Origin: Bacteroidota bacterium
GTDB taxonomy: Bacteria > Bacteroidota > Bacteroidia > NS11-12g > UBA955
Length of the DNA stretch: 64,000 nt
Assembly: GCA_041192805.1 (NCBI GenBank)
Contig: JBEEMF010000086.1
Location: forward strand, 1,169-65,168
Direction of reading: 5' to 3'
The notes under the pieces were generated by a model. The model was not told where the DNA came from. It saw only the letters and a list, made by a program, of their open reading frames with translations, and did not search any database. Numbering within the stretch: the first letter of the stretch is position 1; each line of letters starts with the position of its first letter. This document shows, in pieces, positions 19,658 to 29,252 of the stretch. The translations under genes and the position numbers were made by a program.

Positions 19658-20494
19658 TCAATCAAACCAGTCTGCCGAAGCATTTACAGCCTTGAACTGA
19701 CCTCTATCGTTTTGTTGTACTTGCGCTCTGCAGAAACTCGCATCGTGCTCAAAAACGAGCCAAATTTGCTCCGATTCTAACCATGGAAGTAGTGATTTCT
19801 TCTCTTCCATGGTAATCAAAGGCTGAATATCGTAGCCCATTACATAATTCACGGGAATATGTGCCGCTGCCGGAATCAAATCGGCCATGTACATCAATTT
19901 TGTTGCACCCCAATGAATAATGGGTGCGATCATACCAAAAGTGTGGCCATTGAATACTTTTATTTCGATGCAATCCGCAATCATATCACCCTCGTTAACG
20001 AAATTCAAAAGTCCAAGTTCTTTCAAAAGCATAAAATTCTCAGGTAGGAAAGAAGCCCGTTCCCTGTCGTTGGGATTATTTGCGTGATTCCAATGGGATT
20101 CAGTTAGATGGTAGATTGCATTGGGAAATTGAGGTAACAACGCATCATCTCGCTTGATTATCGCACCGCCACAGTGATCAAAGTGTAAATGCGTAAGCAA
20201 AACATCAGTAATTTGATCGGCTGAAATACCATTTGATGCGAGTGAACCCATCAAACTATCCTCGCCATTTAAATCGTAATGCCCATAAAACTTTTCACTT
20301 TGCTTGTTGCCGATACCCGTATCGATCAATATTTTTCTGTCTTCAATTTCTACGAGCAAGCATCGCATCGACCAATTACAGAGGTTATTCTCATTTGCTG
20401 GTACAAGTTTATTCCAGATCACTTTTGGGACAACGCCAAACATGGCGCCGCCATCCAATTTGAAGTTTCCCGTATGGATTGGTAAAACCTTCAT
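19658..20494 (-). CDS. MBL-fold metallo-hydrolase
   Basis: LTHLHFDHCGG (HxHxDH) motif. The start overlaps the map stop by 1 nt. Confidence 0.8.
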   Translation of the reverse strand: MKVLPIHTGNFKLDGGAMFGVVPKVIWNKLVPANENNLCNWSMRCLLVEIEDRKILIDTGIGNKQSEKFYGHYDLNGEDSLMGSLASNGISADQITDVLLTHLHFDHCGGAIIKRDDALLPQFPNAIYHLTESHWNHANNPNDRERASFLPENFMLLKELGLLNFVNEGDMIADCIEIKVFNGHTFGMIAPIIHWGATKLMYMADLIPAAAHIPVNYVMGYDIQPLITMEEKKSLLPWLESEQIWLVFEHDASFCRAQVQQNDRGQFKAVNASADWFD

Positions 20495-21261
20495 CAGAAC
20501 TCGTGATAAACGTCGGTTAGCGCTTCATATCCTGTTTCTGTAATCAGAATGGTATGTTCAAATTGCGCACTCAATTTCCCGTCGATCGTTCTGGCCGTCC
20601 AACCGTCTTTCCTATCCACTTTTGACCTTGCTTTTCCTGCATTAATCATCGGTTCGATCGTAAAAATCATGCCGGGCTTGAGGATCGGACCGGTATTTGC
20701 ATCGGCAATATGTGCCACATCGGGTGCTTCGTGAAACTTGAGACCTACGCCATGACCGCAAAATTCGTAAACAACTGAATACCCGTTTTTATGGGCATGT
20801 TGCGCGATATGGTAACCAATATTATTCAATCGATTGTCTGGAAAACACTGCTCCATACCAATTTTCAAACACTCTTTTGTGGTTTCAACCAAGCGCTTGG
20901 CATAATCACTCGGCTCCCCCACATAATACATTTTACAAGTGTCGCCGTAATATCCACCAAGTATCGTTGTGACATCGATGTTTACGATATCGCCGTGAAC
21001 GAGGGTCGTTTGATTGGGCACGCCATGACAAATAACCTCGTTGGGGGAGATGCAGCAAGAATGTTTAAAGCCGCGATACCCTTTTGTTGCTGGCACTGCC
21101 CCGTTGTCGCGCACAAACTCTTCACATTTTTTATCAATGTCGATGGTTTTCATTCCGGGAACCACAAACTGCTCCAAGTATTTCAAAGTTTCAGCAGCCA
21201 ACTTCGCACTTTTGCGAATGCCTTCAATTTGCTCTGCAGTTTTAATTACGATAGCTGACAT
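20494..21261 (-). CDS. map: type I methionine aminopeptidase
   Basis: 255 aa. Conserved metal-ligand blocks: GDIVNIDV, HGVG, FTIEPM, EHTILIT. Confidence 0.92.
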   Translation of the reverse strand: MSAIVIKTAEQIEGIRKSAKLAAETLKYLEQFVVPGMKTIDIDKKCEEFVRDNGAVPATKGYRGFKHSCCISPNEVICHGVPNQTTLVHGDIVNIDVTTILGGYYGDTCKMYYVGEPSDYAKRLVETTKECLKIGMEQCFPDNRLNNIGYHIAQHAHKNGYSVVYEFCGHGVGLKFHEAPDVAHIADANTGPILKPGMIFTIEPMINAGKARSKVDRKDGWTARTIDGKLSAQFEHTILITETGYEALTDVYHEF

Positions 21262-21268
21262 ATTAGAA

Positions 21269-22648
21269 TTAAGAATTTCCCTTTGCGATGGCTTGGATTA
21301 AATCTTGCTTGGTGATGATATGCCAATTGCCTCCCATGTCCATCATCAAGACGGCCGCATTGGATTTATTGATTTTTGTCGATATTTCTTCGATGGTAGC
21401 CATATGACTTACGATCGGATACGGTTTACCCATGATGAGCGAAACCGGATGGCTCATTAAATCTCTGTTTTTCAACAATTCAGCATACAAATGCGCATCT
21501 TCCACAGCACCTACAAAATCACCTGAATCGTTTTTTACTGGCAATTGCGAAACACTGTATTTCTGCATGATACTAATTACCTCTTCGCAAGAATCACCTT
21601 CTTTTACTGTCAGTAATGGCAACTGCACGTGACCTTGAATCAAATCAGTTGCCGTTTGCAGGGCTTTTGGCGCAATAAAACCGCGATCTCTCATCCAATC
21701 CTCATTGTACATTTTCCCGAGGTAGCGAGTACCGTGATCATGGAAAATCACCACCACAACATCCGTTGGCTTAAATCGATCTTTCATCTGAAGAATACCT
21801 GCTAATGCAGATCCCGCACTATTTCCAACAAAAATGCCCTCTTCGCGAGGAATGCGTCGTGTCATTACAGCAGCATCTTTATCGGTAACTTTTTCGAAAT
21901 GATCGATGACTGAAAAATCGACATTCGCCGGCAGGAAGTCTTCGCCGATACCTTCGGTGATGTAAGGGTAAATTTCGTTTTTATCAAAAACCCCAGTTTC
22001 CTTATATTTTTTGAAAACAGAGCCATAGGTATCGATTCCTAACATCTGTATTGCTGGATTTTTTTCCTTGAGGAATTTGCCGGTTCCACAGATGGTTCCA
22101 CCTGTTCCTACTCCAACAACCAAGTGAGTGATTTTTCCATCGGTTTGATCCCAAATTTCAGGACCTGTTTGTTCGTAGTGGGCTTTTGAATTGCTTAAAT
22201 TATCGTACTGATTGGGCTTCCATGCATTTGGGATTTCTGCCGCCAATCGGGTACTTACGCTATAATAACTTCTTGGGTCTTCCGGTTCCACATCGGTTGG
22301 ACAAACGATGACTTCTGCTCCAAATGCTTTTAGTGCATCTACCTTTTCTTTACTTTGCTTATCGGTTGTAGTAAAAATACAACGATAGCCCTTTACCACT
22401 GCGGCAATCGCCAATCCCATTCCGGTATTTCCACTCGTGCCTTCAATAATTACTCCGCCTGGCTTTAATGCTCCACTGGCTTCCGCATCCAAAATCATTT
22501 TCACTGCCATACGATCCTTGATCGAATTTCCCGGATTGGTAGTTTCGATTTTAGCATACACGGTACAAGGCAAATCCTTGGTAATCGTATTCAATTTAAC
22601 CATCGGCGTATTGCCAATCGTTTCTAAAATATTCTGGTAAACCCGCAT
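21269..22648 (-). CDS. cystathionine beta-synthase-like PLP enzyme (cysteine synthase fold plus C-terminal CBS pair)
   Basis: N-terminal PLP block NPGNSIKDR and GTSGNTG. The C-terminal ~130 aa has CBS-pair character. Confidence 0.8.
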   Translation of the reverse strand: MRVYQNILETIGNTPMVKLNTITKDLPCTVYAKIETTNPGNSIKDRMAVKMILDAEASGALKPGGVIIEGTSGNTGMGLAIAAVVKGYRCIFTTTDKQSKEKVDALKAFGAEVIVCPTDVEPEDPRSYYSVSTRLAAEIPNAWKPNQYDNLSNSKAHYEQTGPEIWDQTDGKITHLVVGVGTGGTICGTGKFLKEKNPAIQMLGIDTYGSVFKKYKETGVFDKNEIYPYITEGIGEDFLPANVDFSVIDHFEKVTDKDAAVMTRRIPREEGIFVGNSAGSALAGILQMKDRFKPTDVVVVIFHDHGTRYLGKMYNEDWMRDRGFIAPKALQTATDLIQGHVQLPLLTVKEGDSCEEVISIMQKYSVSQLPVKNDSGDFVGAVEDAHLYAELLKNRDLMSHPVSLIMGKPYPIVSHMATIEEISTKINKSNAAVLMMDMGGNWHIITKQDLIQAIAKGNS

Positions 22649-22655
22649 ACGGATG

Positions 22656-22663
22656 CAAATCTA
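22656..22663 (-). promoter_or_regulatory. -7 promoter box TAGATTTG, 7 nt from ATG 22648
   Basis: Plus strand CAAATCTA. It directly abuts the 12-nt perfect palindrome CTTTCGCGAAAG (22664-22675). Confidence 0.5.
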
Positions 22664-22771
22664 CTTTCGCGAAAGCGGTTTTTTAGAAAAAATCATGAAA
22701 ACTGATATAAACAATTGATTACAGCTTAGGTTGCTTAGGATTTCGTTGCTAATTTGGCACACTATTTTGGA

Positions 22772-23572
22772 ATGGAAAAAACTTGCCTAGTAATTCCTTG
22801 TTACAATGAAAGTGAACGTTTGGACACACAAGCGTTTTTGAGTGAGTTGTCGAACAATCCAGATCTTACATTGATTTTTGTCAACGACGGAAGCAAAGAT
22901 GAAACGATAGATGTTTTGCGCAGTCTGCATTCTAACAGTAGCACCGGAGTCCAAGATAGAATTCATATCCTTAGTTATTTGCAAAACCAAGGCAAAGCAA
23001 CCGCCGTGCAACGCGGATTATTATGGGCCGATGTATTATTAAACAACACGGCCGCACCAGACTTCCTTAACGACTGCGAAACCATTGGAAACGGAATTAT
23101 GGAGGCCAAATACTTTGGGTTTTGGGATGCAGATTTGGCGACACCATTTTCGGAGCTGACATGGTTTTACCATTTGGCAAAAGACTCGGATCCCGATATG
23201 ATTATTGGTTCTCGTGTGGCTCGTTTGGGCTCTAAAATTGAAAGAACCGTTTTTAGACATTATTCAGGACGATTGTTTGCCACTTTTATCAGTCAAGGCC
23301 TCGGTTGGAAAGTTCATGATAGCCAATGTGGTGCCAAAATATTCAAAAGCCATCTCATTTCAATCTGCATGGATCAACCGTTTAAAACATCGTGGCTGTT
23401 TGATGTAGAAATGTTAGTTAGAATGAAAAAGCATTACGGCAAAAACGCCACAGAAATGATCCTTGAAGTACCCATTCGTACTTGGAACGACGTGAAAGGG
23501 TCTAAGATTGGTTGGGCTGACTTCGTAAAAGTACCCTACCAAATTTGGAAGGTATTCCGCGACTACAAATAA
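22772..23572 (+). CDS. family 2 glycosyltransferase, polyprenyl-phosphate sugar synthase-like (Dpm1/ArnC/dolichyl-P-glucosyltransferase type)
   Basis: CLVIPCYNE, VNDGSKDET and FWDADL (DxD) motifs. ATG 22772 is preferred over the ORF-track TTG 22754. Confidence 0.65.
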   Translation: MEKTCLVIPCYNESERLDTQAFLSELSNNPDLTLIFVNDGSKDETIDVLRSLHSNSSTGVQDRIHILSYLQNQGKATAVQRGLLWADVLLNNTAAPDFLNDCETIGNGIMEAKYFGFWDADLATPFSELTWFYHLAKDSDPDMIIGSRVARLGSKIERTVFRHYSGRLFATFISQGLGWKVHDSQCGAKIFKSHLISICMDQPFKTSWLFDVEMLVRMKKHYGKNATEMILEVPIRTWNDVKGSKIGWADFVKVPYQIWKVFRDYK

Positions 23573-24100
23573 CTAGTTACTGGCAATCAGAGCATACTTG
23601 ATTTGCTCTAAATGATGCGTTCCATGCCAAGCATATAATCGAATCAAATCACTCAAACTCACTTGACGTCCGCTTTCTGGGTGTTCTAACGTTTTCACCA
23701 ACTGATTCGCAGCATCTTTTAATGATTCGAGTAATAACAGCGACCATTTCTGATGCAATCCCAAGAGTATCAGATAGGATGCTTCATGATGAAAATCAGC
23801 ATCCAAAGAAGAGGCCCAAGCATTTTCATCGTAAGGTTGAATTTGCGTTTGATCTTGGGTGATAATGTGTTTGGTCCTCACGTAGGCATTCATATGAGAA
23901 TCCGCCAAATGATGCACGATTTGTTTGATCGACCATCCGCCATCTCGATAACTCAAATCCCACTGAGATTCCTGGATAGTAGAAATCACCTTGGCCAATT
24001 CCGTAGGAAAATGTTGAATCTCTAAAACATGATTTAATAATTCACCCAATGAGGTAGGTGCATCCCAATCAAATTTTGGCAAGTTTAAGGGTTCTATCAT
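23573..24100 (-). CDS. DinB/YfiT-family metal-dependent hydrolase
   Basis: 175 aa. WSIKQIVHHLADSHMNAYVR and a C-terminal WHGTHH histidine triad pattern. Confidence 0.7.
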   Translation of the reverse strand: MIEPLNLPKFDWDAPTSLGELLNHVLEIQHFPTELAKVISTIQESQWDLSYRDGGWSIKQIVHHLADSHMNAYVRTKHIITQDQTQIQPYDENAWASSLDADFHHEASYLILLGLHQKWSLLLLESLKDAANQLVKTLEHPESGRQVSLSDLIRLYAWHGTHHLEQIKYALIASN

Positions 24101-24103
24101 AAA

Positions 24104-25375
24104 TTAGTTGATGATTGTAAATCCTGTATACTTCACCAATTCCTCAGGCACTAAAATTCCCTCTGGCGTTTGATAATTTTCTAGCAACGACGCTACAATT
24201 CTAGGCAATGCCAATGCAGAACCATTTAAACTATGTGCCAATTCTGTTTTGCCTTCGGCATTGCGGAACCGACATTTTAAGCGTGTGGTTTGGAAAGTTT
24301 CAAAATTACTCACCGAACTACATTCCAACCATTTTTCTTGGGCAGCACTCCAAACTTCCATATCATAGGTTTTTGCACTCGTAAAGCCCATATCACCGCC
24401 ACAAAGCAATAATACACGGTAATGCAAGCCCAACTTCTGCAATAAACCTTGTACGTATTGATTCATTTCTTCCAGCACTTCGTAAGAACCCTCAGGCTTA
24501 ACAATTTGTACTATTTCTATTTTATCAAACTGATGCAAGCGATTCAAACCTCTTACGTGAGCACCATAACTTCCGGCTTCACGACGGAAACAAGGTGTAT
24601 GTCCTGCATTTTTGACTGGCAATTGAGATTCTTGAAGAATGACATCCCTATATAAGTTGGTGATGGGTACCTCAGCCGTTGGAATCAAATACAAATCATC
24701 CACACCCACATGATACATCTGACCTTCCTTGTCAGGCAATTGACCAGTACCATATCCACTATCCGCATTCACCATCAATGGTGGTTGAATTTCCATGTAT
24801 CCGGCCTTCCCTGCTTCATTTAGAAAAAACTGAATTAAAGCACGCTGAAAAATGGCTCCCTTGCCTTTGTAAACAGGAAATCCTGCACCTGCAATTTTTA
24901 CACCCAATTCGAAATCGATGATATCATATTTGGCAGCCAATTCCCAGTGTGGTACGGCTCCTTCATGCAACTTGGGCATTTCACCCCATAAGAACACCTG
25001 TTTGTTGTCTTCCGGTGTTTTTCCCTTGGGAACCTCAACAGAAGGTGTATTTGGAATAGTCAATAACAGTTGTGTTAATTCCTGATCCAGCAATTCAACA
25101 TCCGATTCTAATTGCTTTAGAGCGTCTTTGATTTCGACACTCTGCAATTTTAATATATCACCTTCGGCTTTTTGTCCTGACTTATATAATTCACCAATTT
25201 GCGATGTAATTTGATTGCCTTTGGCTTGTAACGATTCCATTTCTGTTCGCTTTGAACGATTTCTTTCGTCCATTTCCAAAACAGACGACATAAGAGCATC
25301 TCCATCCAAACCACGAATAGCCAAACGTTCAGCTAACTCTTTGGAATTTTTTCTAATATTGGCAATTTGTAACAT
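24104..25375 (-). CDS. serS: seryl-tRNA synthetase
   Basis: 423 aa. N-terminal coiled-coil arm, then class II motifs (FRREAGS..., GSALA...R). Confidence 0.93.
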   Translation of the reverse strand: MLQIANIRKNSKELAERLAIRGLDGDALMSSVLEMDERNRSKRTEMESLQAKGNQITSQIGELYKSGQKAEGDILKLQSVEIKDALKQLESDVELLDQELTQLLLTIPNTPSVEVPKGKTPEDNKQVFLWGEMPKLHEGAVPHWELAAKYDIIDFELGVKIAGAGFPVYKGKGAIFQRALIQFFLNEAGKAGYMEIQPPLMVNADSGYGTGQLPDKEGQMYHVGVDDLYLIPTAEVPITNLYRDVILQESQLPVKNAGHTPCFRREAGSYGAHVRGLNRLHQFDKIEIVQIVKPEGSYEVLEEMNQYVQGLLQKLGLHYRVLLLCGGDMGFTSAKTYDMEVWSAAQEKWLECSSVSNFETFQTTRLKCRFRNAEGKTELAHSLNGSALALPRIVASLLENYQTPEGILVPEELVKYTGFTIIN

Positions 25376-25437
25376 ATTGAGAATGCGAATTTCGTGATTT
25401 TATTTGAAGAAATCGAGGTGATTCCTTTGACTTAGCG

Positions 25438-26859
25438 TTATTCTTCGACTTTCAATTTTGGTTTAACTCCAAATTCTTTGGCCACCACAATGGCTCTTGT
25501 CAATGCGATTTCTATTTCATTGGGGATTTGACCGTCTAATATCATCTCTCTCACCGCTTCTTTAATCATACCAATGTGTTGTGGATCTCTGATTTCAAAA
25601 TAGTTCTTGATGTGATTCCCAGTTAGAACTGGCTGCCAGTTTCTGAGTTCGTCTTTAGAAATCACTTCATTGATTTTCTCCTGGACCTTAACTAAATTCT
25701 TGAGGTGTTTTTCCACCTTGGCCTCATTTTTACTGGTGATATCTGCCCTGCATAGTGTAACCAAATCAGTCACATGTTCCCCAGCATCTACAATCAACCT
25801 ACGCACCGCACTATCGGTTACAATTTCCTGTGACAATACAATCGGACGTAAATGCAACAAGACCAATTTAGAAACATAACGCATTTTGTCATCTAGCGGC
25901 AAACGCATTCGCCTAAAAATGACCTTCACCATCCTTGAACCCTTGTCTTCATGACCATGAAATGTCCAACCATGTTGATTGTCGAACCGCTTTGTCGCCG
26001 GTTTGGCTATGTCATGCAAAATCGCTGCCCAGCGCAACCATAGATTATCAGTAAACTGACAAATATTGTCGAGCACTTGCAGCGTATGGTAAAAATTGTC
26101 TTTGTGAGATTTTCCGTTCCGTGTTTCAATACCGTGCAAAAGCATCATTTCTGGGAAGATGATGTCCAACAATCCGGTATTCGACATCATTTCAAACGCT
26201 CGGCTGGGCTTATCACACATAATCATCCCATTGATTTCGTCGGAAATGCGTTCTTGAGATACAATTTCAATTCTAGACGCATTGGCTTTAATTGCATCGA
26301 ATGTTTGAACTTCTATCCTAAAATTCAACCTTGTGGCGAAACGAATTCCTCTTAACATTCGCAATGGATCGTCATCAAATGTAACTTGAGGATCTGCACA
26401 GGTCCGGATAACCATATTTTGCAAATCTTGTATTCCATTAAATGGATCATATAACTCTCCATAATTATCGCTATTCAACGATAAATACATGGAATTAATG
26501 GTAAAGTCTCTCCTATTTTGATCGTCTTCTAGTGTCCCATCTTCTACGATGGGTTTACGTGAATCCCTGCGATAACTCTCTTTGCGCGCACCAATGAACT
26601 CAATGATCCAATCATCAAACTTAATTTGAGCCGTTCCGAAATTCCTAAAAACACTCAAGCTACAGTCATTGTCGAAATCCCTCGCAACCGCTTGAGCAAA
26701 TTCAACCCCATTGCCCACAACAACAATGTCGATGTCCTTGTTTTCACGCTGCAATAACAAATCCCTAACAAACCCACCAACAACATAGGCACGCAATTCT
26801 AACCTATCGGCAGTTTTGCCTATTAATTTAAATATGGGATTCTCTAAAGCCGATTGCAC
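25438..26859 (-). CDS. cca: CCA-adding tRNA nucleotidyltransferase with HD domain
   Basis: GGFVRDLLL...DIDIVV polymerase-beta motif and a downstream HD region (LHDIAKP). The ORF-track ATG 26877 would place a consensus -7 box inside codons 2-4, so I prefer GTG 26859. Confidence 0.8.
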   Translation of the reverse strand: MQSALENPIFKLIGKTADRLELRAYVVGGFVRDLLLQRENKDIDIVVVGNGVEFAQAVARDFDNDCSLSVFRNFGTAQIKFDDWIIEFIGARKESYRRDSRKPIVEDGTLEDDQNRRDFTINSMYLSLNSDNYGELYDPFNGIQDLQNMVIRTCADPQVTFDDDPLRMLRGIRFATRLNFRIEVQTFDAIKANASRIEIVSQERISDEINGMIMCDKPSRAFEMMSNTGLLDIIFPEMMLLHGIETRNGKSHKDNFYHTLQVLDNICQFTDNLWLRWAAILHDIAKPATKRFDNQHGWTFHGHEDKGSRMVKVIFRRMRLPLDDKMRYVSKLVLLHLRPIVLSQEIVTDSAVRRLIVDAGEHVTDLVTLCRADITSKNEAKVEKHLKNLVKVQEKINEVISKDELRNWQPVLTGNHIKNYFEIRDPQHIGMIKEAVREMILDGQIPNEIEIALTRAIVVAKEFGVKPKLKVEE

Positions 26860-26863
26860 CGCA

Positions 26864-26871
26864 CAAAGATA
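26864..26871 (-). promoter_or_regulatory. -7 promoter box TATCTTTG, 4 nt from GTG 26859 (cca)
   Basis: Plus strand CAAAGATA. It sits back-to-back with the plus-strand box at 26880-26887. Confidence 0.45.
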
Positions 26872-26879
26872 GCACACCC

Positions 26880-26887
26880 TATATTTG
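26880..26887 (+). promoter_or_regulatory. -7 promoter box TATATTTG, 5 nt from ATG 26893
   Basis: Exact TAnnTTTG. It lies inside the ORF-track N-terminal extension (26854), which supports the ATG 26893 start (MRFSINAIGYLF...). Confidence 0.5.
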
Positions 26888-26892
26888 TTGCG

Positions 26893-28473
26893 ATGCGATT
26901 TTCAATAAATGCAATTGGTTATTTATTTGTTGCGATTTTTGTCATTGTTGGTGCAATTTTGCTATTTGTCACTATAGGACATACTGGCGACGGGTGGGGT
27001 TACGCGGCAGACGTATTAAAGGCCAATTCATGGCAATCAACCGAGCTCGTTTCAGCCCACCATTTGTTTTACAACTATCTGTGTTACGCTTTAAATCCTA
27101 TTTTCATTTCAAGCAACATCAACCCAATCAACGGTTTTACCGCAATGAATTGGATGTTCTACGGTTTAACTATATTTGTTTTCTATAGCGTTCTTTTAGC
27201 CCTAAACTACAGTAAAAGCCAATCTCTTTGGTGGTCATTACTTATTGCGGGATGTTTTGGCTTGTTGCGATTTTCCCTAGAAAACGAGACTTATATGCTC
27301 CCCCTATTTTTTGCTTTACTGGGAAGCCATTTCATAACAAATTTTAAGAATTCCAATTCTCATGAATATATGGGCTTCGCATTGCTAGCGATTTCCGTAC
27401 TCTTTCATCAAAGTTATATATTCTGGTTTCTCGCATTTGCTATAAACGCCATTTCTCGTCGAAGATTCATTCCTTTATTCATTCTAGTTTCAATGATTGT
27501 AGTATTCTATCTATTATTTGCGATCAAATCAAATCAATCAATATTAAGTTTCATCATTCATGATGTCGATGCGGGTCTTGTCCAAGTCATACCAAACATC
27601 AATAACCTAAAATTCACCCTAATCAATGGCCTTAGAACCATTTTTCAAATCCATGGGAACATGCTGATTTTAATCCAAAATTGGATCATTGTCTCATTAA
27701 TCGGTATCGCTGGTCTGGTATTAGTCTTATTTGGCGTGCTTCACTCGTTAAGAAATTCTACTCTCGATTTGAATAAGGTAAAATTTACAGCAGCACTTCG
27801 ACAGCGGTTTCAAAATCCCTTTTTTATTGCATTTCTCTTGCAACTCGCATTTGCATTCTATTCCGTTGGGAACGCCGAATTCATGGTGATGCTACCCATG
27901 TTATTTCTATTGTCATTTCACGATAAAGTCATTCCAGTATTCAATCATATTCATCAAATGGCATTGGGTCTTTGGATATATAACGGTGTCTTCTTCATTG
28001 TACCAACGTTCATGGGCTCCTTTGACGATGTTGGACTGTCCAGCAAAATGCTATCAAAAGAGCGACCAACAAAACCGTTTGTATTCATTTCAACCCAAGC
28101 CATTGCCATTCAGAATAAAATGGAATATGAGGATGCCGCCAAAAAGCTCAACCCCAGGTTACAGGATAATAAAACCACCGCGGATATCATAAATAATATG
28201 TCGGACGGGCAATTTATCATCGGACAGAATCCAAATGAAATATTACGTATCCAAGATGCCTTGAACGATGAAAACATCGAAGTTTATACCGATAATTCAA
28301 TCATATTTAATAAGGTGGGTGGCGGATCAAGGGCGGCCTTACTAATCGACCCTAAGTTGAAAAACGATTTATCGAATCGAACCTGGCAATCGGTCAAAGA
28401 AGACGGCTTCTCTTCACCACGCAGAAAAATTCAATTATTCAAAATGGTTAGAAGGGTTCGCCTAATCAATTGA
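26893..28473 (+). CDS. uncharacterized polytopic membrane protein with ~150-aa C-terminal soluble domain (possibly GT-C-like)
   Basis: About 12 predicted TM segments. The first loop has GDGWGYAAD. No confidently recognisable family. Confidence 0.4.
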   Translation: MRFSINAIGYLFVAIFVIVGAILLFVTIGHTGDGWGYAADVLKANSWQSTELVSAHHLFYNYLCYALNPIFISSNINPINGFTAMNWMFYGLTIFVFYSVLLALNYSKSQSLWWSLLIAGCFGLLRFSLENETYMLPLFFALLGSHFITNFKNSNSHEYMGFALLAISVLFHQSYIFWFLAFAINAISRRRFIPLFILVSMIVVFYLLFAIKSNQSILSFIIHDVDAGLVQVIPNINNLKFTLINGLRTIFQIHGNMLILIQNWIIVSLIGIAGLVLVLFGVLHSLRNSTLDLNKVKFTAALRQRFQNPFFIAFLLQLAFAFYSVGNAEFMVMLPMLFLLSFHDKVIPVFNHIHQMALGLWIYNGVFFIVPTFMGSFDDVGLSSKMLSKERPTKPFVFISTQAIAIQNKMEYEDAAKKLNPRLQDNKTTADIINNMSDGQFIIGQNPNEILRIQDALNDENIEVYTDNSIIFNKVGGGSRAALLIDPKLKNDLSNRTWQSVKEDGFSSPRRKIQLFKMVRRVRLIN

Positions 28474-28488
28474 CTTGCAATAAAAAAC

Positions 28489-29172
28489 TTATGATATTTG
28501 GAATGAATCGACTTGTTTAAGCGTACAATCCTCCAGTTTACAAACAGTACCACCAAATTTTTGGATCAGTCGATAATCATGCGTCGCCATCAAGATCGAC
28601 GTCCCTTCGCGGGCGATATTCTTTAAAAGCATCATAATTTCATCGCTGACTTCTGGATCCAAATTACCCGTAGGCTCATCGGCCAGTAATACTTTAGGAT
28701 CATTCAATAAAGCACGAGCTATTACCAACCTTTGTTGCTCACCCCCACTTAATTCAGCAGGTATCTTATAATCTTTGGTTTGCAAGCCCACTTTTTCGAG
28801 AACAGCCTTGCATCGATCCAACATTTCGTGTTTGTTTTTCCAACCTGTGGCACTCAGAACGAACATCAAGTTATCTAATACGTTGCGGTCGGTTAGCAAC
28901 TGAAAGTCTTGAAAAACGATACCCAATTTGCGTCGTAAAAATGGCACATCCTTCGGCACAATCGACTCCAAATCATAACCTGCGATATCGATTCTACCTT
29001 CTTGTAATTTCAATTCACCGTATAAGGTTTTAAGCAACGATGACTTGCCCGAGCCAGTTCTACCAATCAAATAGACAAATTCGCCTTCAGAGACTTGTAA
29101 GTTGACATTTTGCAATACTGCGATGCTACCTTGGTGAATGGTGGCCTGCGTTATACTAATTGGATTTTCCAC
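28489..29172 (-). CDS. ftsE: cell-division ABC ATPase FtsE
   Basis: 227 aa. Walker A GRTGSGKSS, signature LSGGEQQR, Walker B LLADEPTG. GTG start. Confidence 0.8.
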   Translation of the reverse strand: MENPISITQATIHQGSIAVLQNVNLQVSEGEFVYLIGRTGSGKSSLLKTLYGELKLQEGRIDIAGYDLESIVPKDVPFLRRKLGIVFQDFQLLTDRNVLDNLMFVLSATGWKNKHEMLDRCKAVLEKVGLQTKDYKIPAELSGGEQQRLVIARALLNDPKVLLADEPTGNLDPEVSDEIMMLLKNIAREGTSILMATHDYRLIQKFGGTVCKLEDCTLKQVDSFQIS

Positions 29173-29176
29173 GTAT

Positions 29177-29184
29177 CAAATTTA
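29177..29184 (-). promoter_or_regulatory. -7 promoter box TAAATTTG, 4 nt from GTG 29172 (ftsE)
   Basis: Plus strand CAAATTTA. Confidence 0.5.
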
Positions 29185-29252
29185 TTTCATTCCAATCGGA
29201 CGAGGCAACAAACATATTCACAGCAAAAAGTACTGTTTGATTTTTCAATCGC

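Noticed and set aside
23570-23579. Palindromes spanning convergent stop codons: TAACTAGTTA at 23570-23579 and CACTAACAGTTAGTG at 38028-38042
   Set aside because: TAA and TTA are reverse complements, so head-to-head stop codons generate short palindromes automatically. The stems are too short, or the loops too small, for stable hairpins.
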